Shown: positions 29,067 through 39,374, counted from the stretch's first letter. The stretch: 64,000 bases of DNA from an uncultured Acidimicrobiales bacterium (GCA_938015295.1 CALLQB010000019.1:448-64447), one strand, 5' to 3'. The notes: generated by a model from the sequence alone, not told the origin. Translations and numbers: made by a program.

Positions 29067-30686
29067 GTGAGCACCATCGAAATCACACCCGCTGGCTCCA
29101 GCGTTGCGGGTACACCGACACGAATTCGCCGGCCCGCAGCGGCGCGTTTTCTGCAACAGACCACCTTCGGACCGACTCGAGGAAGCATCGACGACCTGGT
29201 GCGGCTCGGAAGTTACCGAGCGTGGATCGACAACCAACTCGCACTACCTGTATCGCTGACCGAGCCGTACGTCCGAGCGAACTCCAACAGCAGTCTGAGC
29301 ACGACCCGGCATCACATCTGGTGGAACAACGTGGTCCGCGGCCCAGATCAACTCCGGCAGCGTCTCGCGTTCGCGTGGAGTCAAATCTTCGTCGTCAGCG
29401 ACCGCGACTACGTGCTTTCGAACAGCCAATACGCCATCTGTGACTTCTACGACATGTTGGCTCGCGGGGCAACGGGCAACTTTCGCGACCTCCTCGAAAG
29501 CGTCACGCTCCATCCGGTGATGGGCATCTACCTGAGCATGCTGCGCAACGAAAAGGCCAACCCCTCACAGAACGTGAGGCCCGACGAAAACTTTGCTCGA
29601 GAAGTCCTGCAGCTGTTTTCGATCGGGCTTTGGAAACTTCGCCCGAACGGCGAACGTGTGCTCGACCAGACCGGATCTCCCGTCCCGGCATTTGATCAGG
29701 AAGTCGTCGAACATTTTGCCAAGGTATTCACGGGCTGGAACTACGACGGTCTTCGCAGCTGGACCGACACCAATATCTCCTTGGAGTCGCGTGACACCCC
29801 AATGATCGCCGACGACTCCTTTCACGACCGGTCAGCGAAGCGACTCCTCGATGGCCACCTGGTTCCCGCTGGTGGCAGCGCCCGAAGTGATCTGACCGCA
29901 GCGCTCGACAATATCTTCGAGCACCCAAACGTCGGGCCGTTTCTTGCCCGTCAACTCATTCAACGTTTCATCACCAGCAACCCGCGTCCGGCCTATGTAC
30001 GACGCGTTGCCGCCGTATTTGACGACAACGGACACGGCACTCGCGGCGACCTACAAGCGGTGACCATCGCCCTGTTCACCGACCCCGAAGCACGCAGAGG
30101 GTACCGGCGGCACCCCGAGACGTTCGGCAAGATTAAAGAGCCGCTGCTACGGCTCTCACAGGTGTGGCGGGCTTTCGACGCCCAGCCTGGGCCGGAGGCC
30201 AACGACATCTTTCGGCCGTATGCATCCGCGATCAGTTCGATTGAGGCGGTCGTTGGGCAGGCGCCGCTGCGCTCTCCCTCAGTCTTCAATTTCTATCAAC
30301 CTGATCATCTCCTCGCATCGGACACCGCCTCGACAGGCCCGCTCAGCTCGCCTGAAGCACAGATCCTTTCGGAGATCAACGTCGCATCAACAAACAACAT
30401 GTTGCTCGCACAGATCTACACCGACAACAACCACGGCGACCCGTCCCACCGGCGCACGAGCACCAAGATCAACATCGACTTTGAGCTGTCGCTAGCCGAC
30501 GACGTCGACGCGCTCCTCCGGCACCTCAATGTCTTGGTACTGGGCGGCAGACTTCCGCGCACCTACCGGCGGGCCATCGCCGATCATCTCGCCAGCTACG
30601 CCCTCGACGAGCAAGGACGGCTCGCCCGAGTGACCGACGCTATCTATTGCTTGGTTGGCTCACCGTTTCACCTCGTGCAGAAGTGA
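29067..30686 (+). CDS. DUF1800-family protein
   Basis: AARFLQQTTFG, DQLRQRLAFAWSQIFVVS, PDENFAREVLQLFSIGL, HPNVGPF, GKIKEP, SPSVFNFY. Confidence 0.9.
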   Translation: MSTIEITPAGSSVAGTPTRIRRPAAARFLQQTTFGPTRGSIDDLVRLGSYRAWIDNQLALPVSLTEPYVRANSNSSLSTTRHHIWWNNVVRGPDQLRQRLAFAWSQIFVVSDRDYVLSNSQYAICDFYDMLARGATGNFRDLLESVTLHPVMGIYLSMLRNEKANPSQNVRPDENFAREVLQLFSIGLWKLRPNGERVLDQTGSPVPAFDQEVVEHFAKVFTGWNYDGLRSWTDTNISLESRDTPMIADDSFHDRSAKRLLDGHLVPAGGSARSDLTAALDNIFEHPNVGPFLARQLIQRFITSNPRPAYVRRVAAVFDDNGHGTRGDLQAVTIALFTDPEARRGYRRHPETFGKIKEPLLRLSQVWRAFDAQPGPEANDIFRPYASAISSIEAVVGQAPLRSPSVFNFYQPDHLLASDTASTGPLSSPEAQILSEINVASTNNMLLAQIYTDNNHGDPSHRRTSTKINIDFELSLADDVDALLRHLNVLVLGGRLPRTYRRAIADHLASYALDEQGRLARVTDAIYCLVGSPFHLVQK

Positions 30687-30711
30687 CACGAGAACACCCC
30701 GAAAGCTTGGT

Positions 30712-32121
30712 ATGACCCACCCTTCAGTACACGCTCATGGCGCTTTCGACCGCCGACGCTTTCTTGCCTCGACGGCAGCTACTGCAGCTGCTGGCGTCAC
30801 CCTTTCGACGTTTCCCTTTGGCATGGCATCGACGGCGGCCGCCGCAACAGGGCCCCGCAGTCTCGTTTGCGTCTTTCTCGCTGGCGGTGCGGATTCGTTC
30901 AACATGTTCCTGCCGCTCGACCACAACACAACCGACCAAACCTATGAGACCTACCGGCGAACTCGAGGCGCTCTAGCCGTGAACGCCCGCAACATCCTGC
31001 CGATTGGCAACGGCGACTTTGGGTTACATCCCCTCCTGCCAGGTCTGGCCAGCCTTGCCGAACAAGATCGACTGGCCACGGTGATGAACGTCGGTCCGCT
31101 TTCGCGACCCACCACGCGGGCCGACTATCTCGCTCAGCGTCAGATTCCCCAAAGCCTCTTCGCCCACGATGCACAACAGAAGCTTTGGCAAACCGCTCAG
31201 GTAACAACAACAGGCAACGAAGGCTGGGGCGGCGCAATCACGGCTGCGGTTGCCAATGGCGCAGGGGTTGCTCCGTCGTTCTCGCTCAATGGATCGAACG
31301 CCTGGCAGGCGGCGCAAGGAGCGAAATACGCACGACTCTCGCCTACGGTGCCGATCTCGCGGCTCGCCGGCTACGACGGCTCGATGTGGAACTGGATCCC
31401 AAACCTCGACGCGGTGGCCGGAGTCATAGCACGCGGGCAACACGCCGCAGCGGTATCAGTCAACGCGTTCGACCGAGCGGCCGAAACAAGCATCGCCGAC
31501 GCAATTGCCACCACTGAACAGCTGCAAGAGGCCACGGCCAGCAGCGAATCGAACGACGTCGGGATGGAGGACATCGACCAAAACCGACTTGCCCGACAAC
31601 TTGAGCAAGTGGCCCGACTTATCAAGAACCGCGAAGCACTTGGGATGCCGAGGCAGATCTTTTTTGTCCGAATGGGTGGATGGGACACCCACGGCGAACA
31701 AGCCGAGCGGTGGCCCGCGCTGCTCACCGAGTTCAATGAGGCAATCACCAAATTTGCTGGGGCACTCGACAATCTCGACCTTGCCGACTCGGTCACAACC
31801 TTTACGGCGTCGGACTTCGGCCGAACGCTAACCATCAACGGCGATGGCACCGACCACGGCTGGGGAGGCCACGCCTTTGTTTTCGGTGGCGCCGTGCGAG
31901 GAGGGCACTACGGAACGTTCCCGAGCTACAGCCTCGACAACAACCCCGACGACGTGGGTGAGAACCAGCGAGACTTTGCCGGCCGCTTGATCCCGTCGAC
32001 ATCGGTAGGCCAGTACAGCGCGACGCTCGCCCGCTGGATGGGCCTCAGCGAGCCACAGATCAACGCTGCGATCCCCCACCTCGCGAACTTTGACCAACGC
32101 GATCTCGGATTCCTTCGCTAG
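30712..32121 (+). CDS. DUF1501-family protein with a Tat signal peptide
   Basis: DRRRFL twin-arginine motif; LVCVFLAGGAD, GGWDTH, SDFGRT, GTDHGWG, GRLIP. Confidence 0.9.
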   Translation: MTHPSVHAHGAFDRRRFLASTAATAAAGVTLSTFPFGMASTAAAATGPRSLVCVFLAGGADSFNMFLPLDHNTTDQTYETYRRTRGALAVNARNILPIGNGDFGLHPLLPGLASLAEQDRLATVMNVGPLSRPTTRADYLAQRQIPQSLFAHDAQQKLWQTAQVTTTGNEGWGGAITAAVANGAGVAPSFSLNGSNAWQAAQGAKYARLSPTVPISRLAGYDGSMWNWIPNLDAVAGVIARGQHAAAVSVNAFDRAAETSIADAIATTEQLQEATASSESNDVGMEDIDQNRLARQLEQVARLIKNREALGMPRQIFFVRMGGWDTHGEQAERWPALLTEFNEAITKFAGALDNLDLADSVTTFTASDFGRTLTINGDGTDHGWGGHAFVFGGAVRGGHYGTFPSYSLDNNPDDVGENQRDFAGRLIPSTSVGQYSATLARWMGLSEPQINAAIPHLANFDQRDLGFLR

Positions 32122-32137
32122 CTCCTCGTAGCGGGCC

Positions 32138-33244
32138 TTAGCCCCAGACCGCGTGCACGTCGGCTCGAAATTCTTCGAACCGACTCTCGACGATCGACTG
32201 TCGCAAGTCGTCGACAAACCGCAACAACCACCAGAGGTTGTGCAACGTCAAAACACGAGCCGCGGTGGGCTCCTTCACCATAAGAAGATGCCGCAGGTAG
32301 CCCCTCGACCACGTGGCCGCCGGGCTGTCCGGCGACCCCGGGTCGATCGGTTCGTCGCTCAGCTGAAACTCGGCGCGACGAAGATTGAGCTTGCCGGAGC
32401 TAGTGAGGAGTGTCCCGTGCCGGGCGAGACGGGTAGGGAGCACACAGTCGAACATATCGACGCCGTTCGCTACCGCCTCGACGATGCCCACCGGGTCGCC
32501 GAGTCCCATGAAATACCTCGGCTGGTCAGTAGGAAGGATCGCTGTGACCGCTCCGAGCGCCGACACCATTTCCTCCTGGCTTTCCCCAACGGACAAACCA
32601 CCCACGGCGTACCCATCGAAGCCGATTTCCATGGTGCGTTCAGCGCTTTCGATACGCAGCGCCAGATCGGTTCCACCCTGCACAATCCCAAATTGGCTCT
32701 GCATCTCGAAGCTCGCGCCGGCAAGAAAAGCGCCCCGTGCCCGTTCCGCCCAGTCGGCACTGGTATCGACAGCGTGGCGCAGCACCTTCGTCGGAGCTGG
32801 CAAGCCAGGACACACATCGAGCACCATCTGAATGTCGGCGCCAAGCTTCGCCTGAACCTCTACTGCAGATTCGGGGGTGAGCTTGTGAGTCGAGCCGTCG
32901 TACACCGACCGAAACGTCGCTCCCTCAGCATCAACCTTGGGTTCAAGCGAGAAGATCTGGTAGCCGCCAGAATCGGTCAGCATGTGTCGATTCCAGCGGG
33001 TAAACCCGTGAAGCCCACCGAGTTCGGCCACCGTGTCGGCGCCCGGTCGCAGCATCAGATGGTACGTATTGCCCAACACGACGTGCGCGTTAAGTGTCTC
33101 AAGGTCGTCCGACGTCAGGTGCCGTACAGCACCGCGTGTGCCCACCGGCATGAAACAGGGCGTGGGGAAAGAACCCCGCGCCGTCGTTACTGCGCCGGCG
33201 CGAGCCGTACCGTCGGATTTCTCAAGGGTGAAAGAGGCGCGCAT
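32138..33244 (-). CDS. tgt: tRNA-guanine transglycosylase
   Basis: TPCFMPVGT, GNTYHL, TDSGGYQ, GIVQGG, GGLSVGE, DMFDCVLPTR. Confidence 0.96.
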   Translation of the reverse strand: MRASFTLEKSDGTARAGAVTTARGSFPTPCFMPVGTRGAVRHLTSDDLETLNAHVVLGNTYHLMLRPGADTVAELGGLHGFTRWNRHMLTDSGGYQIFSLEPKVDAEGATFRSVYDGSTHKLTPESAVEVQAKLGADIQMVLDVCPGLPAPTKVLRHAVDTSADWAERARGAFLAGASFEMQSQFGIVQGGTDLALRIESAERTMEIGFDGYAVGGLSVGESQEEMVSALGAVTAILPTDQPRYFMGLGDPVGIVEAVANGVDMFDCVLPTRLARHGTLLTSSGKLNLRRAEFQLSDEPIDPGSPDSPAATWSRGYLRHLLMVKEPTAARVLTLHNLWWLLRFVDDLRQSIVESRFEEFRADVHAVWG

Positions 33245-33316
33245 CGAGACAAGGATCGCACATCACCGAAGCCGCTCCCCTTGTTGGGGAGGTGAAGAGT
33301 CGCGGGCGAGTCGCCG

Positions 33317-33715
33317 CTAGGCGAACAGGCCTGATTTCGGCGCATCAGCTGCAGCGGCATCTTCAACCGCTTGCTCTGCAGCCGCCACCGCGGCGGCCTC
33401 GACCGCATCTGCTTCGGCCTGCACAACCGACTCGTCGAATTGCTGTGACATCGAGGTCGGGCCGCTACCACTTGCTGGCGGATGGCTCGCACCGGTCAGC
33501 GGCCGCATGACTTGCAGCCCGACAATGCCAAGGGGTTCGGCCAGGAATCCGTTGATCTCTTCCGCGTCGGTGATGCTGATCATGCCATTGGGCAGCGAAG
33601 CAACCTTTGCAGCGACGAACCAACCAAGAACTTCGTCGGCGCGCGCATGGACGACATCGCCGACCTTTACGTCAATGCCTCGAATGTGCACTACTTCTAT
33701 CTGTCCACGACTCAT
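33317..33715 (-). CDS. Hypothetical protein (small beta-rich domain plus Ala-rich tail)
   Basis: Fills the gap between queA and tgt on the same strand; no recognisable family. Confidence 0.65.
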   Translation of the reverse strand: MSRGQIEVVHIRGIDVKVGDVVHARADEVLGWFVAAKVASLPNGMISITDAEEINGFLAEPLGIVGLQVMRPLTGASHPPASGSGPTSMSQQFDESVVQAEADAVEAAAVAAAEQAVEDAAAADAPKSGLFA

Positions 33716-33722
33716 GTGTGAT

Positions 33723-33750
33723 GTAACGGCAGTTCAACAGCGCAACTTCA
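33723..33750 (-). promoter_or_regulatory. Weak sigma-28-like promoter (TGAAGTTG-N12-GCCGTTAC), 7 nt before ATG
   Basis: Partial match to TAAAGTTT-N11-GCCGATAA; same position relative to the start codon as two better sites. Confidence 0.35.
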
Positions 33751-34761
33751 CTCTTTTCGAGAAAGAAACATGCCATCGCCAAACGACAGCATTCGGTAGT
33801 TCTCGACGATCGCCGTGTCATAGATATCACGCCACCGTGTACCAACGAAGGCCTCAATCATGACGAGAAGGGTCGATTTTGGCAGGTGAAAGTTCGTCAG
33901 CATTGCGTCGACGACCACGAAGTCATAAGGGGGCCGGATGAACAGATCTGTCCGCCCCTCAAGCGCACCACGGGCGGCCGCAGACTCAAGCGACCGCACG
34001 ACTGTGGTGCCGACAGCGACCACACGGTCGGCCGACTCCACAAGATCCCAGGTCTTCTGAGGCACTCTGTATGCCTCGGAGTGCATCTGGTGTTCGTCAA
34101 GCAATCCGTCGCCGAGCGGCCGGAAGGTGTCGAGGCCAACGGTGAGTTGCACCCGCGCGATCTGGGCGCCCCGTTCCTCGATCTCGGCGAGGATTTGGTC
34201 GGTGAGATGCAACCCAGCGGTCGGTGCTGCGACTGACCCCGGATGGGTCGCGTACACGGTCTGGTAACGCGACATATCAGCGACAGTCTCGGTAATGTAG
34301 GGCGGAAGCGGCAGCTCGCCCGCCGCCTCAAGCGCCGCCTCGACCGAACCCTCGGCTTCGAGCTCTACAAGTCGACGACCGCCGTCGATGCGAGCTCCGA
34401 CGACAACGGCGAAACCAGCGGCCACTTCGATGCGGGTACCAGGGGCGATCTTCTTGCTTGGCCGAACAAGCGCCTGCCAACGGCCATCGGCGACGGGCTC
34501 GAGCAAGAGGATTTCGGCAGCGCCGCCGGTGGGACGGCGGACACGCAACCTGGCGGGGAGTACTTTGGTGTCATTGAGCACGACCACGTCGCCAGGGCCA
34601 AGCAGGTCTGGCACGTTCGCCATCGTGAGATGTCGGGGCTCGACGCCGGCGCCTTGGTCGACAAAAAGCTTCGCTGCCGACCTTTCGACCGCCGGCGACT
34701 GCGCAATGTTTGCTGCTGGCAGGTGGTAGTCGTAGTCATCGGCTGATGCCGAGAAACTCAT
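33748..34761 (-). CDS. queA: S-adenosylmethionine:tRNA ribosyltransferase-isomerase
   Basis: [47 protein letters not shown]. Confidence 0.96.
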   Translation of the reverse strand: MSFSASADDYDYHLPAANIAQSPAVERSAAKLFVDQGAGVEPRHLTMANVPDLLGPGDVVVLNDTKVLPARLRVRRPTGGAAEILLLEPVADGRWQALVRPSKKIAPGTRIEVAAGFAVVVGARIDGGRRLVELEAEGSVEAALEAAGELPLPPYITETVADMSRYQTVYATHPGSVAAPTAGLHLTDQILAEIEERGAQIARVQLTVGLDTFRPLGDGLLDEHQMHSEAYRVPQKTWDLVESADRVVAVGTTVVRSLESAAARGALEGRTDLFIRPPYDFVVVDAMLTNFHLPKSTLLVMIEAFVGTRWRDIYDTAIVENYRMLSFGDGMFLSRKE

Positions 34762-35891
34762 GATTCGTCGAAGAGGCCCGGTGGCGGCGCTGGGTCGGCC
34801 GCTCTGGTGGGAGCTGTCAGCCCCAAATGACGCCAGGCGCTCGCAGTGGCGACTCGGCCCTGCGGGGTACGCATGAGGAAACCCTGCTGGATGAGGTACG
34901 GCTCGTAGACATCTTCGACCGTCTCGGTGGGCTCGGACACACTAATCGACAACGTCTTGAGGCCGACCGGACCCCCCTCGAACATGACACAGACCGCTTC
35001 AAGCAGGCCACGACTTGGTTTGTCGAGACCTCGGTCGTCGACACCAAAGAACTTCAAGCCGTCCTTCGCCACCGTGAGATCAATCAACCCGTCGCGATCG
35101 ACGTCGGAAAAGTCTCGAACCTGGCGCAACAACCGGTTGGCAATACGTGGGGTGCCCCGCGAGCGGCCAGCGATCTCGGCAGCGCCATCGACGTCGATAT
35201 CGACGCCAAGAATACGTGCGGCGCGCAACACAATCGACTGGAGTTCGTCGGGTTCGTAGTATTCGAGACGGGTTTCGAGGCCAAAGCGATCGCGTAACGG
35301 CCCCGTGAGCAGCCCCACACGGGTCGTCGCTCCGACAAGGGTGAACGGAGACACGGGCAGCGGTATCGATCGGGCAGCGGGACCTTTGCCAAGAACGATA
35401 TCGACACGGAAATCTTCCATCGCCGGATAAAGCACCTCTTCGACAGCACGCGAAAGCCGGTGAATCTCGTCGATGAACAACACGTCGCCTTCCTCGAGCT
35501 GATTGAGGATCGAGGCGAGGTCGCCCGGACGTTCGAGTGCAGGCCCCGAAGTGATGTGTAGCTCGGCGCCCATTTCTTTGGCCGCTATATGAGCGAGCGT
35601 TGTCTTGCCAAGGCCTGGGGGCCCGGCAAAGAGCAGATGATCGGCTGCCCGGCGACGCTTTTTCGCTGCGCCGAGCACCACCCGCAATTTTTCCTTCAAT
35701 TCGCGCTGACCCACGAAATCGTCGAGCGTCTGTGGGCGAAGGCCGGCCTCATCGCTCTCATCGCCGACAAGGCTTGCTTCGAGCGACACCGATTCATCAA
35801 CCGGGTTCGCAGCGCCAGAAAGGGTCTCGCCGGTCTCGTTGGTCTCGTCGTCGTCTTCGTGACCACCGAGGAGTTCGTCGCGACCACTCAC
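34758..35891 (-). CDS. ruvB: Holliday junction branch migration helicase RuvB
   Basis: [36 protein letters not shown]. Confidence 0.97.
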   Translation of the reverse strand: MSGRDELLGGHEDDDETNETGETLSGAANPVDESVSLEASLVGDESDEAGLRPQTLDDFVGQRELKEKLRVVLGAAKKRRRAADHLLFAGPPGLGKTTLAHIAAKEMGAELHITSGPALERPGDLASILNQLEEGDVLFIDEIHRLSRAVEEVLYPAMEDFRVDIVLGKGPAARSIPLPVSPFTLVGATTRVGLLTGPLRDRFGLETRLEYYEPDELQSIVLRAARILGVDIDVDGAAEIAGRSRGTPRIANRLLRQVRDFSDVDRDGLIDLTVAKDGLKFFGVDDRGLDKPSRGLLEAVCVMFEGGPVGLKTLSISVSEPTETVEDVYEPYLIQQGFLMRTPQGRVATASAWRHLGLTAPTRAADPAPPPGLFDES

Positions 35892-36493
35892 CGCGGCGCT
35901 GCCAGTCGTTTCAGCGCCGTTTGCAGCAGCTCGGCCGGATCGGCCTCAGCATCGAGATCGACGATGGCCATGCGGATTTCGTCGTTGCTGTACCCGAGGC
36001 CCGACAAGGCCTCACGCACGTCGGCAAGCGCACGCGGTGTTGAGGATGCGGTGTCGGAATCGGCAAGCACCGACAGATCGACGACATCAGGAAGATCAAG
36101 TTTGCTCTTTAACTCGACCAGCAGCCGAGTGGCAGTCTTTTTGCCAACACCAGGAACCAAGCAAAGTGCGTCGACGTCATCGCTCGCCAGCACGGCTCGA
36201 AGCTCATGCGGAGCGTGGACTGACAAGATGTCGAGGCCGAGCTTGGGCCCAACACCATGCGCGGCAATGAGCGCCTCGAAGGCAATGCGCTCTTCTTTGG
36301 CAAGAAAGCCATACAGCGTCTGTGAATCTTCACGGATGTGGTGATGCACGTACAAAAACAGCTCGGCGCCGACCGCCGGCAGACGTTCGACCGACGCCGG
36401 CCCAAGCAACAGCCGGTAGCCGACGCCGGCGACCTCAACAAGCGCCTCGTTGCCGCCTCGGTCGAGAAGGATTCCTCGTAGCGATCCAATCAT
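35888..36493 (-). CDS. ruvA: Holliday junction branch migration protein RuvA
   Basis: [32 protein letters not shown]. Confidence 0.96.
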   Translation of the reverse strand: MIGSLRGILLDRGGNEALVEVAGVGYRLLLGPASVERLPAVGAELFLYVHHHIREDSQTLYGFLAKEERIAFEALIAAHGVGPKLGLDILSVHAPHELRAVLASDDVDALCLVPGVGKKTATRLLVELKSKLDLPDVVDLSVLADSDTASSTPRALADVREALSGLGYSNDEIRMAIVDLDAEADPAELLQTALKRLAAPR

Positions 36494-37059
36494 GAAGTCT
36501 GTGGGCCTTTCTCGGACGACTTGGTGGACCAACGCCGGTCCGTGACCGCTGCCCCTGCCATGGCATCGGAACGAGCGACGGCAAGAGCGGTGGGCGCCTG
36601 GGCGATATGGCAGATTGCCACGGCGAGAGCGTCGGCAGCATCAACTGGCTTGAGCGGAACCTTGATCTTGAGAAGCGTACGTACCATTTGTTCCATCTGT
36701 ATCTTGTCGGCGCCGCCCCATCCGGCGACCGCCAGCTTGATCTCATTGGGCGAATACTCGACGACCTGACAACCAGCGCTGGCGGCCTCGGCCATCACCA
36801 CACCACTTGCCTGGCCAACCGACATGGCCGTGCGAACATTGACCTGAAAGAGCACCCGTTCGATTGCCACGACCTGGGGCTTTTGCTCGGCGATCAGCGA
36901 ACGAATTTCGGCCTGCATTTCTGCGAGACGGGTGGGCAATTCGGCTTTGGGGTCGGTGCGAATGACACCGGCGCTTCGGGCAATTTGTTCGCGGCCCGTC
37001 TTGTCGATGCAGCCGTACCCGAGGCGCGAAAGGCCGGGGTCGATTCCCAATACTCGCAT
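36490..37059 (-). CDS. ruvC: Crossover junction endodeoxyribonuclease RuvC
   Basis: LGIDPG, AIE..F..N, DAADALAVAICH. Confidence 0.96.
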   Translation of the reverse strand: MRVLGIDPGLSRLGYGCIDKTGREQIARSAGVIRTDPKAELPTRLAEMQAEIRSLIAEQKPQVVAIERVLFQVNVRTAMSVGQASGVVMAEAASAGCQVVEYSPNEIKLAVAGWGGADKIQMEQMVRTLLKIKVPLKPVDAADALAVAICHIAQAPTALAVARSDAMAGAAVTDRRWSTKSSEKGPQTS

Positions 37060-37098
37060 CAGCGTGTCGTCTTTGTTGTTTCGCGTGCAGCCTCGTGT

Positions 37099-37114
37099 TC
37101 GAACACCTGTACGA
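37099..37114. promoter_or_regulatory. LexA (SOS) box TCGAACACCTGTACGA upstream of ruvC
   Basis: One mismatch to the actinobacterial consensus TCGAAC-N4-GTTCGA; abuts a -10 element TAGACT (37114-37119, minus strand). Confidence 0.8.
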
Positions 37115-37132
37115 GTCTAGCGTCTGCTGCGA

Positions 37133-37612
37133 CTAGATAACGGCGTCCTCAGAACTCCACGGGAAGTCGATCCACTTCTCGGTGTTCTTCCAGACGTAGT
37201 CGCAATCAACGACTGACTGGGACTTGTGATAGAGCACTGCGGTTCGCACTTCGCCGACCTTGCCTTCGCAGAAGTCGTCGACCAGTTTGAGTGTTCGTCC
37301 GGTGTCAGCAACATCGTCAACAACCAACACCTTGGTGTCGTCGAGGTCTACAAGGTCGAGATACGGCGGCAAAACAACCGGCATCTCAAGCCGTTCGTCG
37401 ACTCCGGTGTAGAACTCAACGTTCATCACATAAAGGTTCTTCACCGACAGGGCGTAGCCAAGAGAACCGGCAAGGAACAACCCGCCTCTCGCTATCCCGA
37501 GGATCAGTTCAGGCTTGTAGCCGCTGTCGGCGACTTGCTGAGCCAGCTCGCGTGCGGCGGCGCCGTAGGCATCCCAAGTGAGGACTTCAAGATCTGTTTC
37601 TGGTGGCTTCAC
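37133..37612 (-). CDS. Purine phosphoribosyltransferase (type I PRT)
   Basis: GIARGG, VVDDVADTG, WIDFPW; GTG at 37612 lies 6 nt after TACGGT. Confidence 0.9.
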   Translation of the reverse strand: MKPPETDLEVLTWDAYGAAARELAQQVADSGYKPELILGIARGGLFLAGSLGYALSVKNLYVMNVEFYTGVDERLEMPVVLPPYLDLVDLDDTKVLVVDDVADTGRTLKLVDDFCEGKVGEVRTAVLYHKSQSVVDCDYVWKNTEKWIDFPWSSEDAVI

Positions 37613-37682
37613 GTTCTGACCGTACACCGGCCGCGGCTTTCACGATGACGCGAGGATCAGATGGTGTGGATCACCCTGAGCG

Positions 37683-38381
37683 CTAAGCCAGTAACTCGTC
37701 GCGAAGTGCATCGAAGAGCTGGTCAGCGCCGACCTCGATTGCCCCCGACACAGCGCTGAGGTGCGACTTCGCCTCGGCACGTTGTTCGGCTGTCAGCGCA
37801 AGCACGTCGGCAACCCCAAGCTGGCTGTTCTCGAGCTCGCTGGTCGCAAGCAGCACCGAACACTGAAACCTGGCGCCAGCTCGGGTTCTTCTCTGTGACA
37901 CACCAACGACTTTTTTGCCACCGGCGAGAACCTCGCCTGGTCCGACCGACGCAAAACATATGCGCCGGTTCCACTCGTTCTTTTCGAGAGCACCCCGGTG
38001 AACCTCGACCTCGCCGACACCGATGCGGCTAAGCACCGCCGACCAGACCTCACCCACCCAAACAAAGGCCCGCCCGACATCGTCGTCCCACAAATCATCA
38101 CCGGGCCGAATCACAAAGTCGACCCACAACATCGAGTCGTCGACCAGCACCGCTCCCCCGCCACTGCGGCGCCGAGTGACGCTAAGCCCTGCCGCATCGA
38201 TCGTTGCTTGGTCGAGCGTGTCGCCCGCTTGCGAACTGCCGAGCACAAGCGCCGGTGCGGTTGGCAACATCCGCCACAGCTCGCGTGCATGACCAGACGA
38301 AAATTCCAGCGGGTCGAGCGCGTGCAGCGACTCGACAGAGCCGCTCATGTCTCGCGTCAACCAACCGCGACGGTAGGTCAT
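37683..38381 (-). CDS. Lipoate-protein ligase A family catalytic domain
   Basis: LVLGSSQ, RRRSGGGAV, CF, GKKVVGVSQRR. Confidence 0.85.
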   Translation of the reverse strand: MTYRRGWLTRDMSGSVESLHALDPLEFSSGHARELWRMLPTAPALVLGSSQAGDTLDQATIDAAGLSVTRRRSGGGAVLVDDSMLWVDFVIRPGDDLWDDDVGRAFVWVGEVWSAVLSRIGVGEVEVHRGALEKNEWNRRICFASVGPGEVLAGGKKVVGVSQRRTRAGARFQCSVLLATSELENSQLGVADVLALTAEQRAEAKSHLSAVSGAIEVGADQLFDALRDELLA

Positions 38382-38890
38382 GATGCCGAGCGCTTCTCCG
38401 ACATCTCAAGATACGGAATCCACGAATCCGGTGTGCGGCCGACCGCGGCGCGAAACCACACCGATGGGCGGGGCGGCGCCGGCGGTCGACGCAATGTCAT
38501 CGACGTATCGACCAAGAGACGATCGCGTTTGAGCATGTTGCAACGACGACAGGCGGCCACGACGTTTTCCCAAACGTGTTCGCCGCCCCGGCTACGCGGC
38601 AAGACATGGTCGATGCTGTCGGCCATGGCACCGCAGTACTGACAGGTGTGATCGTCGCGTACGAACAAGGCGCGTCGGCTGAGGTTGCGCCGGTGCGTCG
38701 GCGGCACTCGCACGTACCTACAGAGGCGCACGACCGATGGCTCTTTGACCGAGAGGCGTTCGCTGCGAAAAACGCGGTCGGTTGCCGCCTCGAGAATTGC
38801 CTTCTGCTCAAGCACAAGCACAACTGCGCGACGTGCAGGCACGACACTGAGCGGCTCGTACGTCGCGTTCAGAACCAACACTCCACCCAT
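38378..38890 (-). CDS. HNH endonuclease (conserved McrA-like actinobacterial family)
   Basis: VLVLNATYEPL, RDDHTCQYCG, DHVLPRSRGG, WENVVAACRRCN. Confidence 0.92.
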   Translation of the reverse strand: MGGVLVLNATYEPLSVVPARRAVVLVLEQKAILEAATDRVFRSERLSVKEPSVVRLCRYVRVPPTHRRNLSRRALFVRDDHTCQYCGAMADSIDHVLPRSRGGEHVWENVVAACRRCNMLKRDRLLVDTSMTLRRPPAPPRPSVWFRAAVGRTPDSWIPYLEMSEKRSAS

Positions 38891-38966
38891 GCAATCAAAC
38901 TAGTACGTCGCCAAACTGCACACCTTGGAAAATGGCCGTGAAATGGCTCGGCGCACCAAATCACGA

Positions 38967-38990
38967 CCGAGTAACAACCCGAGTAACAAC
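38967..38990. repeat. 12-bp tandem duplication CCGAGTAACAAC x2
   Basis: Exact direct repeat in the intergenic region upstream of the HNH gene. Confidence 0.9.
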
Positions 38991-39026
38991 CGAATGCTCG
39001 GCGAGCGACCAAGTTGGTTGGGCCAG

Positions 39027-39314
39027 TCAGTCGCTGGTTGCGTTCCAGTCTTTGACCCACTCGAGGTAGGTGATCAGCCCGTCGGTGGGAGGAGCCGTTT
39101 CGGTATCGCCATAGGCGGTTTGGAGGCGAAAATTGAAGTACGACGGGTCGGGTAGCGGGAGGTAGGGCGACTGTTGCCACCACTTGTTTGGGGCGAGCGT
39201 AAACAACTGACGAACGGCCGTAGTCCATAACTCGGGACGACGCAGCAACGCTCGGGCTGCTTCTGACCACCATCGAACTGAATTCACCGCAGATTCAGGC
39301 GACTTCGAACTCAC
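39027..39314 (-). CDS. Small hypothetical protein
   Basis: AGGAG 8 nt before GTG at 39314; aromatic-rich segment PYLPLPDPSYFNFRLQTAYG. Confidence 0.7.
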   Translation of the reverse strand: MSSKSPESAVNSVRWWSEAARALLRRPELWTTAVRQLFTLAPNKWWQQSPYLPLPDPSYFNFRLQTAYGDTETAPPTDGLITYLEWVKDWNATSD

Positions 39315-39374
39315 GTACAACGCTCCTAGTTTCCCGATTTCCTGCTGTTTCTGGGCTAACAATTCTGGGCTTGG

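Noticed and set aside
38378-38890. HNH gene as a mobile, homing or defence element
   Set aside because: Belongs to a common chromosomal family; no intron, methylase, terminal repeats or composition shift
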